Shown here: in pieces, positions 10,962 to 22,004 of the stretch
Layout: the number at the start of each line of letters is the position of its first letter
How positions within the stretch are numbered: the first letter of the stretch is position 1
Assembly (NCBI GenBank): GCA_047495785.1
Contig: JBLDXI010000023.1
Span: 1,364,001 to 1,428,000 of the forward strand
DNA: 64,000 nucleotides
Reading direction: 5' to 3'
Origin: Lepidodermella squamata
Taxonomy: Eukaryota; Animalia; Gastrotricha
Position numbers and translations under genes: made by a program
The notes under the pieces: model-generated
What the model saw: only the letters and a program-made list of their open reading frames with translations
What the model was told of the DNA's origin: nothing
Databases searched by the model: none

Positions 10962-11399
10962 ACTTCGGACTATCATGACTCGGTAATCTATATCACGACC
11001 ACTCGCGCAATGAAGATATCGCGGGGAGGGCGACTAGTCGCTTAAAATAGAAGGAAATGGCGTTAAACTAACATTTTCATCTTCAATCGCGCGCCTAATC
11101 GCTAAAAAGCTGAACGTCAGTTCTTCCTGCGCATCGTGCGTCGTTCTGATGTCACCCACCGCGATTTGCTCTCTGCTATAGACACAGCTGAATTTATCCG
11201 TGTAACAGTTCAATTCCCAACAAGTGAAAATCAGATATATAAGGGTTAATCGCAGAATAAAGGTCGAAAAATGATAGCTATCTCTCGCCGTTTTTCATAT
11301 TGATTTATCGCTTCAACTGTTGTATTTTTGTGGTAATCGTGCAAAAACAAGTTGATTCGTTGATAGCGCAAATGCGCAAATGGTAGCGCAAATGGGAGC

Positions 11400-11510
11400 G
11401 AATGCTGCTCAGTTCGTCCTGCCGCTGCGCGAGGACCTCGAGAGCGTCCGCCTGATGGCCCACCCCCCACCCCTCCGCGCTCGCCCTTCGTGCTGTTGAG
11501 CAACAGACTT
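11400..11510 (+). mobile_element. Degenerate LINE ORF2 C-terminal fragment
   Basis: Reads NAAQFVLPLREDLESVRLMAHP, compared with NAVRFVLPIREAVEQLRLSANP in LINE-B. Confidence 0.6.
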
Positions 11511-11717
11511 CAGCATGCAAAGACTGGGGACCATGGTTCGCACATCAACCATGGGAATAGTTGACTCATAAGCCTTGTGATGATGTCTGATATCAAATGC
11601 TAAATGTCGAAAGGCAATTTGCATCCATAAAGAGTATGAGTATGAGTAGTAATCAAAAATGTTATGACTCAATTTCAATGACTTTTTATCTGTAGGTGAA
11701 TCTCTTGTTCAATTTGA

Positions 11718-13111
11718 ATGACAAAGGTTAAAGAGAGGATTAAGAAGATTTGGCGTTTCAAAGATATTATTCTAGGGGAAGAGAAAAACAAATCGTTGAT
11801 GTTGGAAGTGAAACATGATCCTAAACTGAGCAAGGGCAGACAGCAGATGCTGGCACTACGATTCGGCTTGACAGAGAGACAGGTTGAAGGATTCTTTCGC
11901 AAGTATCGCAGCAAGCGAAGGGCTTTTGTTCGCGCGTTGACATCCAAGCAAAATGAGAAATTCGAGAAGGTTAAACTTAAACTGATGAGCGCTATTTGCC
12001 TAATATGTTGATGAAATTTTGTAGGAATTCGAACAGAATCCCGGTGCATCACGTCAGAGATTGAGCGAAATTGCTGACGCTTTGGGCATAACATTTAGTA
12101 AGGCCGCACGTCTTGTCATGAAACGACGAGCTCAAGCGGGAATCCGCGGTAGAACGGCAAAACCTGAATCCAATAGAATCACGAATACTCAACTGGCAGA
12201 ACTGCAGGAAGCATTCAGATCCACAGTGGGGAGGGGCGATAGCTTTGACGATGCTCTCTATCAAAGCTTGGCCATGAAAACTGGATTGAAAAAGACTGCG
12301 GTCATGAGATGGTTCTCTAACCAGCGCAAATCCGCTGGCCTCGGAAAAAAATTGAAAACTCTCGATGCGAGTAGCATCCGCGCCCTGGATGCCGTGCGTT
12401 CAACTCTTGATCTTAGTTCACAATGTTGAAAATATGTTGTGTCTCAGGAATTTGCTGTATCGAGCCGATTGGAATTCGGCAGAGAGCAAGCAATTGCTGG
12501 CAAGCTGGGATTAACTTCCGGGCAGGTTAGATACTTTTTCGAAACCGAGCGGAAATTTACAACTGCGAAAAACAAGCAATGCCGTCGCCGCAGACTTAAA
12601 CCGGACCAACGCAACGTGTTGACTAAGGTGTGATTAGGCTCATAATTCCAATCGTTGACGTTTTTTGCTCAGGAAATCAATGAGAATCCAGATCTACAGG
12701 AATCTGGAATAACACGTCTGGCTGAAAGACTGGAAATACCATTTAACATTGTGAAACGTCTCTTCGAAATCCAACATGGCAAAACAAGAGGCCGCCAAGT
12801 TCGAGAAAAAAGCTCTCGATTGACTTGGGAACATCGGCTTCTTCTGGAAAAGGTGATTAAATCGATAAGTTGCAATATTCAAAGGATTGCTTCGTTTCAT
12901 CTTTCAATTTTTTTCAGGAGTATGAAATCTCTAAATTCGTAAAACGTGCGCAAGCTGAACGCCTTGCTACGTCAATGGGATTATCGACTGATAGGGCAAT
13001 AATGCTTACACTTTATTTCCTTTTACGATGCCTTCTCCCTTTTAGGTAAAGACATGGTTCAGGTCGAAACGGGTTCGTGAAAGAAAGAAACTGGGGGTGA
13101 TCGGCTCGTGA
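11718..13111 (+). CDS. Multi-homeodomain copy D, six-HD variant lacking HD1 (open, ~374 aa)
   Basis: Exons 11718-11969, 12025-12393, 12448-12627, 12673-12852, 12918-12995 (GC donor), 13046-13111; no stops. Exon 1 and HD1 are deleted and an ATG lies ~20 nt after the conserved tgtaggtgaa motif. Confidence 0.75.
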
Positions 13112-13582
13112 ACATATTTGCTTCTCGTTTCTCCTGTTAACTCTTTTCATGTCGAACTAACGAAGGGTTATATGACATTCGCTAATGTTGGGTTTCTTTC
13201 GAACTTTACTGACCTAATTAATCATACTACAGTACTTGCAGTTTTTCTTTCGATACGTTTATTTTAAGTTGAGTAAAATGACCCTATCATCCTTCCTTAC
13301 GTAGTTGTAGGCTTCGATTTAATGATGATTTATTTCGATTTCAGGTCAAAACTGCGGTTATATAATTTGTTATAAAATCAGAATTTGTTGAAGACTGGAG
13401 ACTGCTGCTATAGGGAAGAACTGTTCATCACATGATGCTTTATTAGAACGAAGAGGACATTTGTTGTTGTTGTAGTTAAAACTAATTTCCCGTCTTAGAA
13501 TCCCAGGCTGCGTTTACTTGAGCATCATGTTGGAGTTGACAAAACAGCTTTCAGACAATCAATTGTCCTATTTGTTGAAGGT

Positions 13583-14347
13583 TGAGCGGAAGCACGAAGG
13601 TCAGGATCTGCATCGACTTCATCCTCGACTTGTTACCACCACTGGCGAGTGGCAGCGCCCACATCGGGGTCGACGTACGGAGACATCGGTTTGACGAAAT
13701 AATCAAGCAGGGCATCAGCAACGGCAGTAGATGGCGGCATTACACTGCTATCATGGAGCTTCATATAGGTCAGGCGATCAACAGAAGTATGACGAAACTC
13801 ATCGAGACGACAGAGGTGGGTATAAGCCTCACTGTAACGGTGCTGGAACGACAGAGTTTCAACATATCGTAGATTGGAAACAACCCCCTCAACTTCTGAA
13901 CCGCTTTCGCAGCGCGGAACTGGGCATCCAAGCCGTAGATCGTAGACCCTATCAACAAGCCTGGCATCAACTCGATTGCCGAGTCCAAGTTCAAGAACCC
14001 TCATTCTTGCGAGCAGGTGACGCATTTCGCCGCGGGTCATTGAAACTTTCCTCAGCTGAGTGCGGTCGAGGAGAGGGACGTGAAGGCGGCGAGATTCGGC
14101 GATGGCCGCACCACCTGGCGCCGATACGAATCGATCTGAGTCGCCGACATTGGGCAGCGGGATTTTGGACAGCAAACGAATCAGGATACGAGAGAAGCCA
14201 AAACAATCTGCTCTGGAGACATCGTAACGAGGAGCAGGGTCCACGAGTTCGTAAACCTGAGCAGGGCCAGATCCGGAGGGAAGCGTAACCTGGACGGACG
14301 TGCAGAAGTGATCGCTGCTAAGGCGGTCGCCAACTGACACGCCACCG
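13583..14347 (-). mobile_element. LINE family A ORF2 fragment (APE end and linker)
   Basis: SVGDRLSSDHFCTSV...LSFQHRYSEAYTHLCRLD; homologous to 27370-28130. Confidence 0.88.
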
Positions 14348-14732
14348 CCTAAAAATGGAAATCTGTTTGGGATCGGTCCGAGGCGATCAATCTTGAGGAA
14401 TCTCCCAGCTCAGCTTCAGACTGTGCAAAATTGCCCATAAACCAATCGGAATAATACGAATTCACACGGAGCTGCCCTGCTGGCGTGATCTCAACACGGA
14501 AAAACAAGAAATCTCAGCCCTTGTGTACCCGCCGGAAGACTCAGGAAGAAATAGAGGAGGGTAAAAGAATTCAGTCATAAAATCGGCTTCATAATCAAGC
14601 AAAATATCAACTGACGAACGTGTCCTGTTCGTTTCACTGGGACAATGTTCGGAAATTCTTGAAAATACTCGAATTTATTGATGTACTATAGGCATTGTGA
14701 ATTCCGACTATTTACTTGTTGCGTTTGACATC

Positions 14733-16294
14733 ATGACGCCAACCAAACTTGATGACGATCAGATCTCTCACTTGATGAAGGTAACCCCTTTAACAAGTTC
14801 TTTATATCGATGATTACTATTTGTAAATTTCTGCTCAGTGCTTCGAATCAATGCGCAATCGTGCTCTCTTTAAGGACATCGCTGAGTCCATCGCGAAAAC
14901 GACAGGCACATCAGTTGACAAAGTTCGAAATTGGTTTCGCACGATAAGAAGAAAAGGAGTTAACAGTGAAACTGAGAAGAATCGGCGATTTGAGGACATT
15001 CTCGGGGAAGAAAAAACGAACTGTTGAAAGGGGAAGTGAAACGTGATCCCAAGTTGGCCAATGCGAGAAAGGAGCTGCTGGCACGACGATTCGGCCTTTA
15101 CGAGCGTCAAGTTGATAGATTCTTCAGAAAGCATCGCATTCAACGAAGTTTTCACTTGAAGCTAACATGTCAGCAGAATGAAATATTCGAGAAGGTATAA
15201 TCGAGATGCGATATTTGCTCAGTATTAAGATTACTCGCCACAGGAATTCAAAAAGAATCCTGCAGCTAACTTGTAAAGATTCATCAAAGTGGCCGAAGCG
15301 GTGGGCATAACATTTTATCAAGCTAGGCATCTTGTTGAAAAACGGCGAGCCCTCTTGGGAATCTGCGATAGAACAGGGACATTTGAATTCGTTGGATTCA
15401 CGGATTTTCAACTGGCAGAACTCCAGGAAGCGTTCCAGTCCACAGTTCTGAGAAGCGAAAGCTTTGACGTCGCCCTTTTTCAAAGTATGGCCAAGAAAAC
15501 CGGTTTGAAAAAGAACGTGATCAGGAATTGGTTCTTTAACCAGCGCAAATCTGCTGGCCTCTTAAAGAAACGAGGAACTCTTGATCAAGCTATAGTCTGC
15601 ACTTTGAATGCCGTGAGTGGTGCCCTTGGTCATGATATTGCAATTTCCCGTAAGGTTTGTGTCTCAGGAGTTCGCTGTATCAGGCCGAATGGACGCGGAG
15701 AAAATGCAAGCAATTGCGGACAAGTTGGGATTAACTTTCAGACAGGTTAAATGCTTGTACTACAAGCGGAAACGATTGGAAACTGCGAAAAATAGGCAAT
15801 CATGTCTTCGCAAGCTGAAACGTGACCAGAGGAATGCGTTAGCTAAGGTTTGAGGGGGCTTATAATTGAAATAGTTCTATTACTTTTATTCAGGAATTCA
15901 AAGATAATCCAGATCTACAGGAAAGTGAACTAACTCGTCTTGCTCAAAGATTGGAGATCCCTCTTAATATTGTGAAATATTGTGAGATCCTGGTAAAAGT
16001 CGATTGACCAGGGAGCAGCGGCTTCTCCTAGAAAAGGTGAATGACTCGATTATAAGGGATTGCTTTGTTTCATCAATGTGATTCAAAATATTCAGGAATT
16101 TCGAATCTGTGAATTCGTAACTCACGAACAAGCTGAACGCCTGGCAACATCGATAGGATTTTCGACGTCGAAGGCAAATTGATGCTTAAACTGCTTTTTC
16201 CTAGGAAAATTGCTTCAATTATTTAGGTACAGAGGTGGTTCAAAAACGATTCTTTGAAAAGCAGAAACAGAAAAAAGAAGAAATTGGTTCATGA
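14733..16294 (+). pseudogene. Multi-homeodomain copy E, pseudogene
   Basis: 7-exon layout; 1-nt deletion in exon 2 (GAA AAA ACG AAC TGT TGA) and further indels. Confidence 0.85.
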
Positions 16295-16519
16295 ACATTG
16301 TTGTTCCCGATTTTGGATTTTGAATTTGGGACCCTCGATTGCTATGACATCAGTTTTGAATAGCTCAACGAAGTGCTGTTCATTTTCAGTGTCGAAAATG
16401 CCCATCGTGTTTTCATTGTGATTAAATTGGCATCATAGAGAACGTAGTATCAAATATTTATTCAGAGCGTAATTTTTACTTTTATTGTTTACTAATTTCA
16501 ACTCTTGCTTAGTGCTTCG

Positions 16520-18154
16520 ATGTTGGGAAATCGCAAGTTTACCAAGGATACGGCTGAGATCATAGCGAAAAAGATGGGAACATCGGTTTTGAAAGTTCAA
16601 AACTGCTTTCGCATTAGACGAAGGAGAAGAGTTGAAATGAATACTAAGAAGATTTGGCGATTTGAAGATATTCTTGGGGAAGAAAAGAACAAATTGTTGA
16701 TACTCGAAGTGAAAAATGATCCTCAACTGTTCAAGGACAGACGGCAGACACTGGCGAGACGATTCGGCTTGACCGAGAGCCAGGTTAAAGTATTCTTCCA
16801 CAAGCACCGCAGCCAACGAAATGCAAATGTTCGGTTTGAGTTAACATCCCAGCAAATTGAAACATTTGAGAAGGTTAAACTGTGAAGTGCTAAATCTTTA
16901 ATCCGGTGATTGATTTTTACAGGAATTCAAGCAGAATCCTGGCGCGTCAGAACAAAGGTGCCGCGAAGTGGCTGAAGCCTTGGGCATAACAATTAGTCAG
17001 GCCACACGTCTTGTCTTGAAACGGCGAGCTAAAGAGGGAATACGCAGTAGAACAGCGAAATTCGAGTCCTGTCGATTCACAGATTCTCAACTGTCTGAAC
17101 TACAGGATGCATTCCGGTCAACAGTGGTGAATGGCGATAGCTTTGACTATGCTCTCTTTCAAAGATTAGCCAGGAAAACCGGATTGAGAAAGTACGTGGT
17201 CAAGAATTGGTTTGTTACCAAGCGCAAATCTGTTGGCCTCGGAAAGAAGCGATTAGCTCTTGATCAAACCACTGTCTGCGTTTTAAATGCTGTGAGTTCA
17301 CCCTTTTGAAATGGAAAGTTGACATGCTTCAGAAATGTCAATGAAACCGCTAAGGTTGTAGTAGTGGTTTTCCATATTGTTGACTCGGATAAAACTGTTG
17401 TCATATTATTGTTTCAGACGTATTGTTGTTCTTTAGGAGTTTGCTGAATCGAGCCGACTAGAGGGCGGCAGAGCGCTAGCGATTGCGGAAAGGTTGGGAT
17501 TAACTCTTAGACAGGTTGAAAACCTTTTCGTTATGAAGCGGAAACTACTGAAAACTGCGAAAAATAAGCCGTCCCGTCGTCCCACACTGAAACGTGACCA
17601 GCGAAATGCCCTGACTGAGGTGAGATGAGGCCGTTTTTAAATCTATGACGTCTATATATGATCTATCTATCTATCTATCTATCGATCTTTATTTTTTTGT
17701 TCAGAAATTCAATGAGAATCCAGATCTACAGGAAACTGGAATTACTCGTTTGGCTGAAAGACTGGAAATCCCGTTAGAATCTGTGAAACGTTTCTTCTAC
17801 CGTGCTAAAGCTCGAGGTTCCGCTAAAACTCGGAAAAGAAGCGCCCCGACCTGGGAGCAGCGGCTTCATCTAGAAAAGGTGATTGATCCGATAGGCTTGC
17901 GAATTGAGCTTTTTTTGCTTCATTACTGTGGTTCAATTTATTTAGGAGTTCAGGACCTGCAAATTCGTAACACATCAGCAAGCTGAGCGCCTATCGACTT
18001 CAATTGGATATCCTACCATGAAGGCAATCAAGCTTACCCTTCATTTCTGATTTCCTTTTTATTTGTCTTCCTTTTTACATAGATAAAAGAGTGGTTCAGG
18101 TCGAAGCGGAAGCATGAAAAACAGAAACAGAAGGAAGAAGCATTCGGTTCTTGA
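16520..18154 (+). CDS. Multi-homeodomain copy F (exon 1 missing; open from ATG 16520, ~409 aa)
   Basis: Exons 16520-16873, 16923-17291, 17437-17619, 17705-17878, 17946-18023 (GC donor), 18083-18154 splice without stops. HD1 lacks helix 1 and has NCF instead of NWF. Confidence 0.65.
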
Positions 18155-18589
18155 GCATCCTGTTACCTTTTGTTGTAATTTTAAGTCTAACAACGCCTGA
18201 TTTACAAAGGGCCCTAAATATTTCCTCTGATTTTGGGTTTTTAACCAGCATTGATATGAAATCAGTTTTGAACAGCACAGCTAAGATCCGTTCATCTTCG
18301 GTAGAGCAAATGCCCGGGAATCGTGATTCAAATAGTAGTGAACATACCTTTTTAATTTTTATGATTTGAAGCCGACTACCGACGCTTTGCTAATAAAAGT
18401 CACATTTTAATCTCCCTTCGAAATTTCCATTGTTCATTGCTAGCTTTAACCCATATTGACCTATTTGGTCATCCTGTTTCCTCCTTCTGTCCTTTGTCTT
18501 TCTTCCTCCTTTCCCCTTGCATTCCCCTCTCCCCTTCTGCCGACGATAACTAATCCTTCATGCTCTACCCTGAGCCGGTTCGCAAGATT

Positions 18590-19050
18590 ACATGAGCTTG
18601 CCGGCGGCAGTGCGCTGTTGACACAAGTGGGCGGGGTTATGAATTATTTATCGAAAGCAGACAGGCACGTAAACACAGCGAGGAAGAAGGAGAGGAAGAA
18701 GAGGGGTGGAGAGAGGAGAAAGCAAAGGATAGAGGGAGAGGGAGAGGCGGCAAGATCAGACATCGAAAGTGGGCAAGGGACCTCGAGGAAGCCTGCTGGC
18801 GATCAAGGCCAGCGGGGAACGGGGCACCGGGTACCGGGTTCGCGGAGAGGCGGAGTCGTTCGATCTCTTCTCGAAGAGGGAGGACGAACCGTACGGCATT
18901 CGCAGCATAACGGCGCTGGGTCCGCTCAAAGAAGGCAGGCAGGCTCTTCACGCCACAGCGGCGTTCCAGCTCCGAGCGGCGGAGGTTTAGCAGGCTGCGC
19001 AGACAGTCGTTCTGAAACACATCAAGCCGCTTCAGCTGCCTCTTGGGCGC
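18590..19050 (-). mobile_element. LINE ORF2 C-terminus and 3' UTR fragment
   Basis: FQNDCLRSLLNLRR...RRYAANAVRFVLPLREE; duplicated at 47545-48015. Confidence 0.82.
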
Positions 19051-19540
19051 GGTATTTCATATTCAAATTATCAGACAGGCAGTTTTAGTGATAATCTATG
19101 GTGATCTATCTAGGTCTAAGGTGATCCTTGCGAAGAATATTGCTGAGTTGAGTGAATTTTTATGTTAGTTTAGTACTTACCAATCATTGCGAATCTTTGG
19201 CTTAACTCAGGTTATGGCTCGAGGAATTTTACTGGAAGTTGGCATGTCGATTCCTCTCAGGTTCGCAACTTGTCTCGAGTAAGCAAAAAGTTGAAGAGAA
19301 TGATGATACCTCCTCATTTGATTTTCTTTTTGATTTTGAATTGGATTTTGGTTTCATAAAATAATCGATGATCTGGCGGCATCACATTTTTTGTAAAAAA
19401 AATGAAACTGTCATCTGTCACTGATATGTCAACCCTCATTGCAAATGCGAATACGAATGATTAACAGGAAGTTTCGGTTGTGTTGTCTGTAGGTGAATTT
19501 CCTATCTGAACACTTTGAATAATCAATTCTGTTCGACAAA

Positions 19541-19729
19541 ATGTTGCCGACCCAGCTGAAAGCCGGTCAGCGCTCTTACTTGTTGAAGGTAACGCCAGGA
19601 ATAATGCTTCATAATTATACTAATATTCACAAATTTCAATTCTTACTCAGTGCTTCGATTTGATGCGAAATCAATGCGAAACGGTTCGTTGAAAAGCATA
19701 AACGGAAAAAAGAAGCTATCCGTTCATGA
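19541..19729 (+). pseudogene. Copy G: exon 1 and start of exon 2 fused to an exon 7 by deletion
   Basis: Exon 1 MLPTQLKAGQRSYLLK|gt, then tgcttcgatttgatgcgaaa joined directly to tcaatgcgaaacggttcgttgaaaag...tcatga. Confidence 0.8.
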
Positions 19730-20062
19730 GCATCATCGGTTTTCACTTTGCATTTGCATTAGGAACCTGGTTGATATGACATCAGATTTGAAAAGATAAA
19801 CAAATGATCGTTTTTCAGTTTAGAATAATGCACATCGTGGTTGAATCGTTATTAAATTGGGAGAAATATACCTTAAGATATGAATTGAAATAACATCACA
19901 CTTTCAATTAGGTTTAATTCTTCTTAGCATGATGAATTTGCATTGCTAGTAATTTAAAGCTTCAGGCAAGCAGTTTTATTGATAAATCTTAGGTAATCTT
20001 TGCAAAAATTATGAAGCTAAATTCTAAATTCTCGTTCTGTAAGCGTTTCTGTTATTTTAGTC

Positions 20063-20242
20063 CTTGCCAATCGTTGCAGATTGGTAGACTCAACTATCGA
20101 GAAATGGCCCGAAGAATCTCACCAGAGGTTCGATGACCTCGGGGTTCAACATTTGGTTCCGAGCAAACATAGGAGAGAAGTTCATCATTTAGAATTCCTT
20201 CAAAAATTTATTAGGAAATGGTGGCATTTTATGTTTTGGTAA
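20063..20242 (+). other. Conserved upstream exon-like module of the repeat unit (59-codon open frame here)
   Basis: Follows ttttag; reads LANRCRLVDSTIEKWPEESHQRFDD...FIRKWWHFMFW*. Homologous pieces at ~2545-2591, ~19175, ~48125 and ~54265-54414. Confidence 0.5.
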
Positions 20243-20452
20243 TAATTGAACAATTCGGTTGTCTCAGATTTGTGGCCTTTACAAATCCGAATTTAATTAT
20301 TCAATTTGAATGATTAATTTGATTAATAATTTGAATGACCTTAAAAATGCGAATTTTATGATTCCATATGAACGATTAACAAAACGTTTTGGTTTTGTTA
20401 TATGTAGGTGAATTCATCTTCACACTTAGAGTAATCAATTCTGTTTAACAAC

Positions 20453-21754
20453 ATGTCTCCAACTCAACTTAATGCCGGTCAGCGTTCTCACTTGTTGAAG
20501 GTAACGCCAAGAACAACATTCATATTTTTACTGTTAATGTTTACTAATTTCAACTCTTGATAAGTGCTTTGATTTGTCGCGGAAGCGCAACCCTTCAAAG
20601 GATATGGCTGAGCTCATCGCGAAAACGATTGGCACATCAGTTAGAAAAGTTCAAAATTGGTTTTACACCAAAAGAAAAAAGAGATTTGAAGAGAAAACTG
20701 GGAAAATTTGGCGACTTGAAGATATTCTAGGCGAAGAAAAAAACGAAATGTTGATGCTGGAAGTGAAAAATGATCATAAACTGAGCAAAGGTAGACGGCA
20801 GATGCTGGCACGACGATTCGGCTTGACAGAGAAGCAGGTTGATGGGTTCTTCTGCAAGCATCGAAGCCAACGAAGGGCATACGTTCGCTTAAAGTTGACA
20901 TCCCAGCAAAATGAAAAATTTGAGAAGGTTGCTATTCGTCTAATCTGGTGATGATTAATTTTCATAAGGAATTCGAGCTGAATCCTGCCGCTTCAGATCA
21001 AAGATGCCGCGAAGTGGCTGAAGCTGTTGGCATATCATTTAGTCAGGCCCAACACATTATTTCAAAACGGCGAGCCAAGGTGGGAATCTGTAATACAGCT
21101 AAATCTGAGTCCTTTCGAGTCACGGTGCCCCAACTCGCAAATCTAGAGGAAGCATTCCTGTCAACAGTAATGAATGACGATAGATTTGACGATGTTCTCT
21201 ATCAAAGCTTGGCTGAGAAAACCGGATTGAGAAAGTACGTGGTCAGGAATTGGTTTGTTAACCGGCGCAAATCTTTTGGGCAACCTGAAATACGGGTGAC
21301 ATCGCAGCCTACGAGGTGGCGCAAACAGTTTAATCCCGCGAAGAGCGAAATTATGCTCTTTGGTAACGCGTCCGTCGTTGTTCGGCTCAACGGAGCCATG
21401 ATCCCGCAAGTCGGGTCGATACGTGTTCTCGGTGTTCACTTGGATCCTAAACTGACGTGGAAAGTTCATTTGGACATGATCTCTGACCGCTACCGCAGGA
21501 ATCTGGGTATTTTCAAACGTCTCATGTCTTTTGGACTGTTGCGCCGCTGGCGCCGCACCCTTTACTCAATCCTGGCCCGTTCGTGCTCGTCTTATGGGAC
21601 TGTCCATCTGTATACAAAGTTGAATTTCTCAAAACGGATATCTCCGTTGTTCACTGAACTTTGCATGCATATAGAACGCGGGCTGCTCTTTCACGTGGTA
21701 CAAGATTTAAGGTGGGCAATTGCTGCTCAGTCTTGCTCTCATCAAAATAAATGA
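20453..21754 (+). CDS. Copy H: HD1-HD4 fused in frame to a LINE RT C-terminal segment (~398 aa, possibly non-functional)
   Basis: Exons 20453-20500, 20565-20927, 20969-21754; exon 3 runs ...NWFVNRRKSFG into RWRKQFNPAKSEIMLF...VLGVHLDPKLTW. Confidence 0.55.
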
Positions 21755-21903
21755 AACCACAGTTACGATGAGGTTTCTGTATCATTAAAACGGTTGTTTT
21801 GCCCACGTCAAATATTTATCTACGCGGAAGAGGAGCTCGTGTTCTGTATGCATGCTAATTTTGTTGAACAACGGTGATGTCCGTTTTGAGAAATTCAACT
21901 TTG
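21615..21903. mobile_element. MITE-like element with ~75-bp imperfect inverted repeats
   Basis: caaagttgaatttctcaaaacggatatc... at 21615 and ...gtccgttttgagaaattcaactttg ending at 21903. Confidence 0.75.
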
Positions 21904-22004
21904 AGAAATGGCGATTTCAATCGTTCAATTTTGTGATTCGCTTGTAGATGATTCACTGGAATTTTCCAATACCCGGCTTAAACAACTAAATTTTCTTTGG
22001 AATC

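Noticed and set aside
17655-17685. (CTAT)n tract in intron 4 of copy F
   Set aside because: Ordinary microsatellite.
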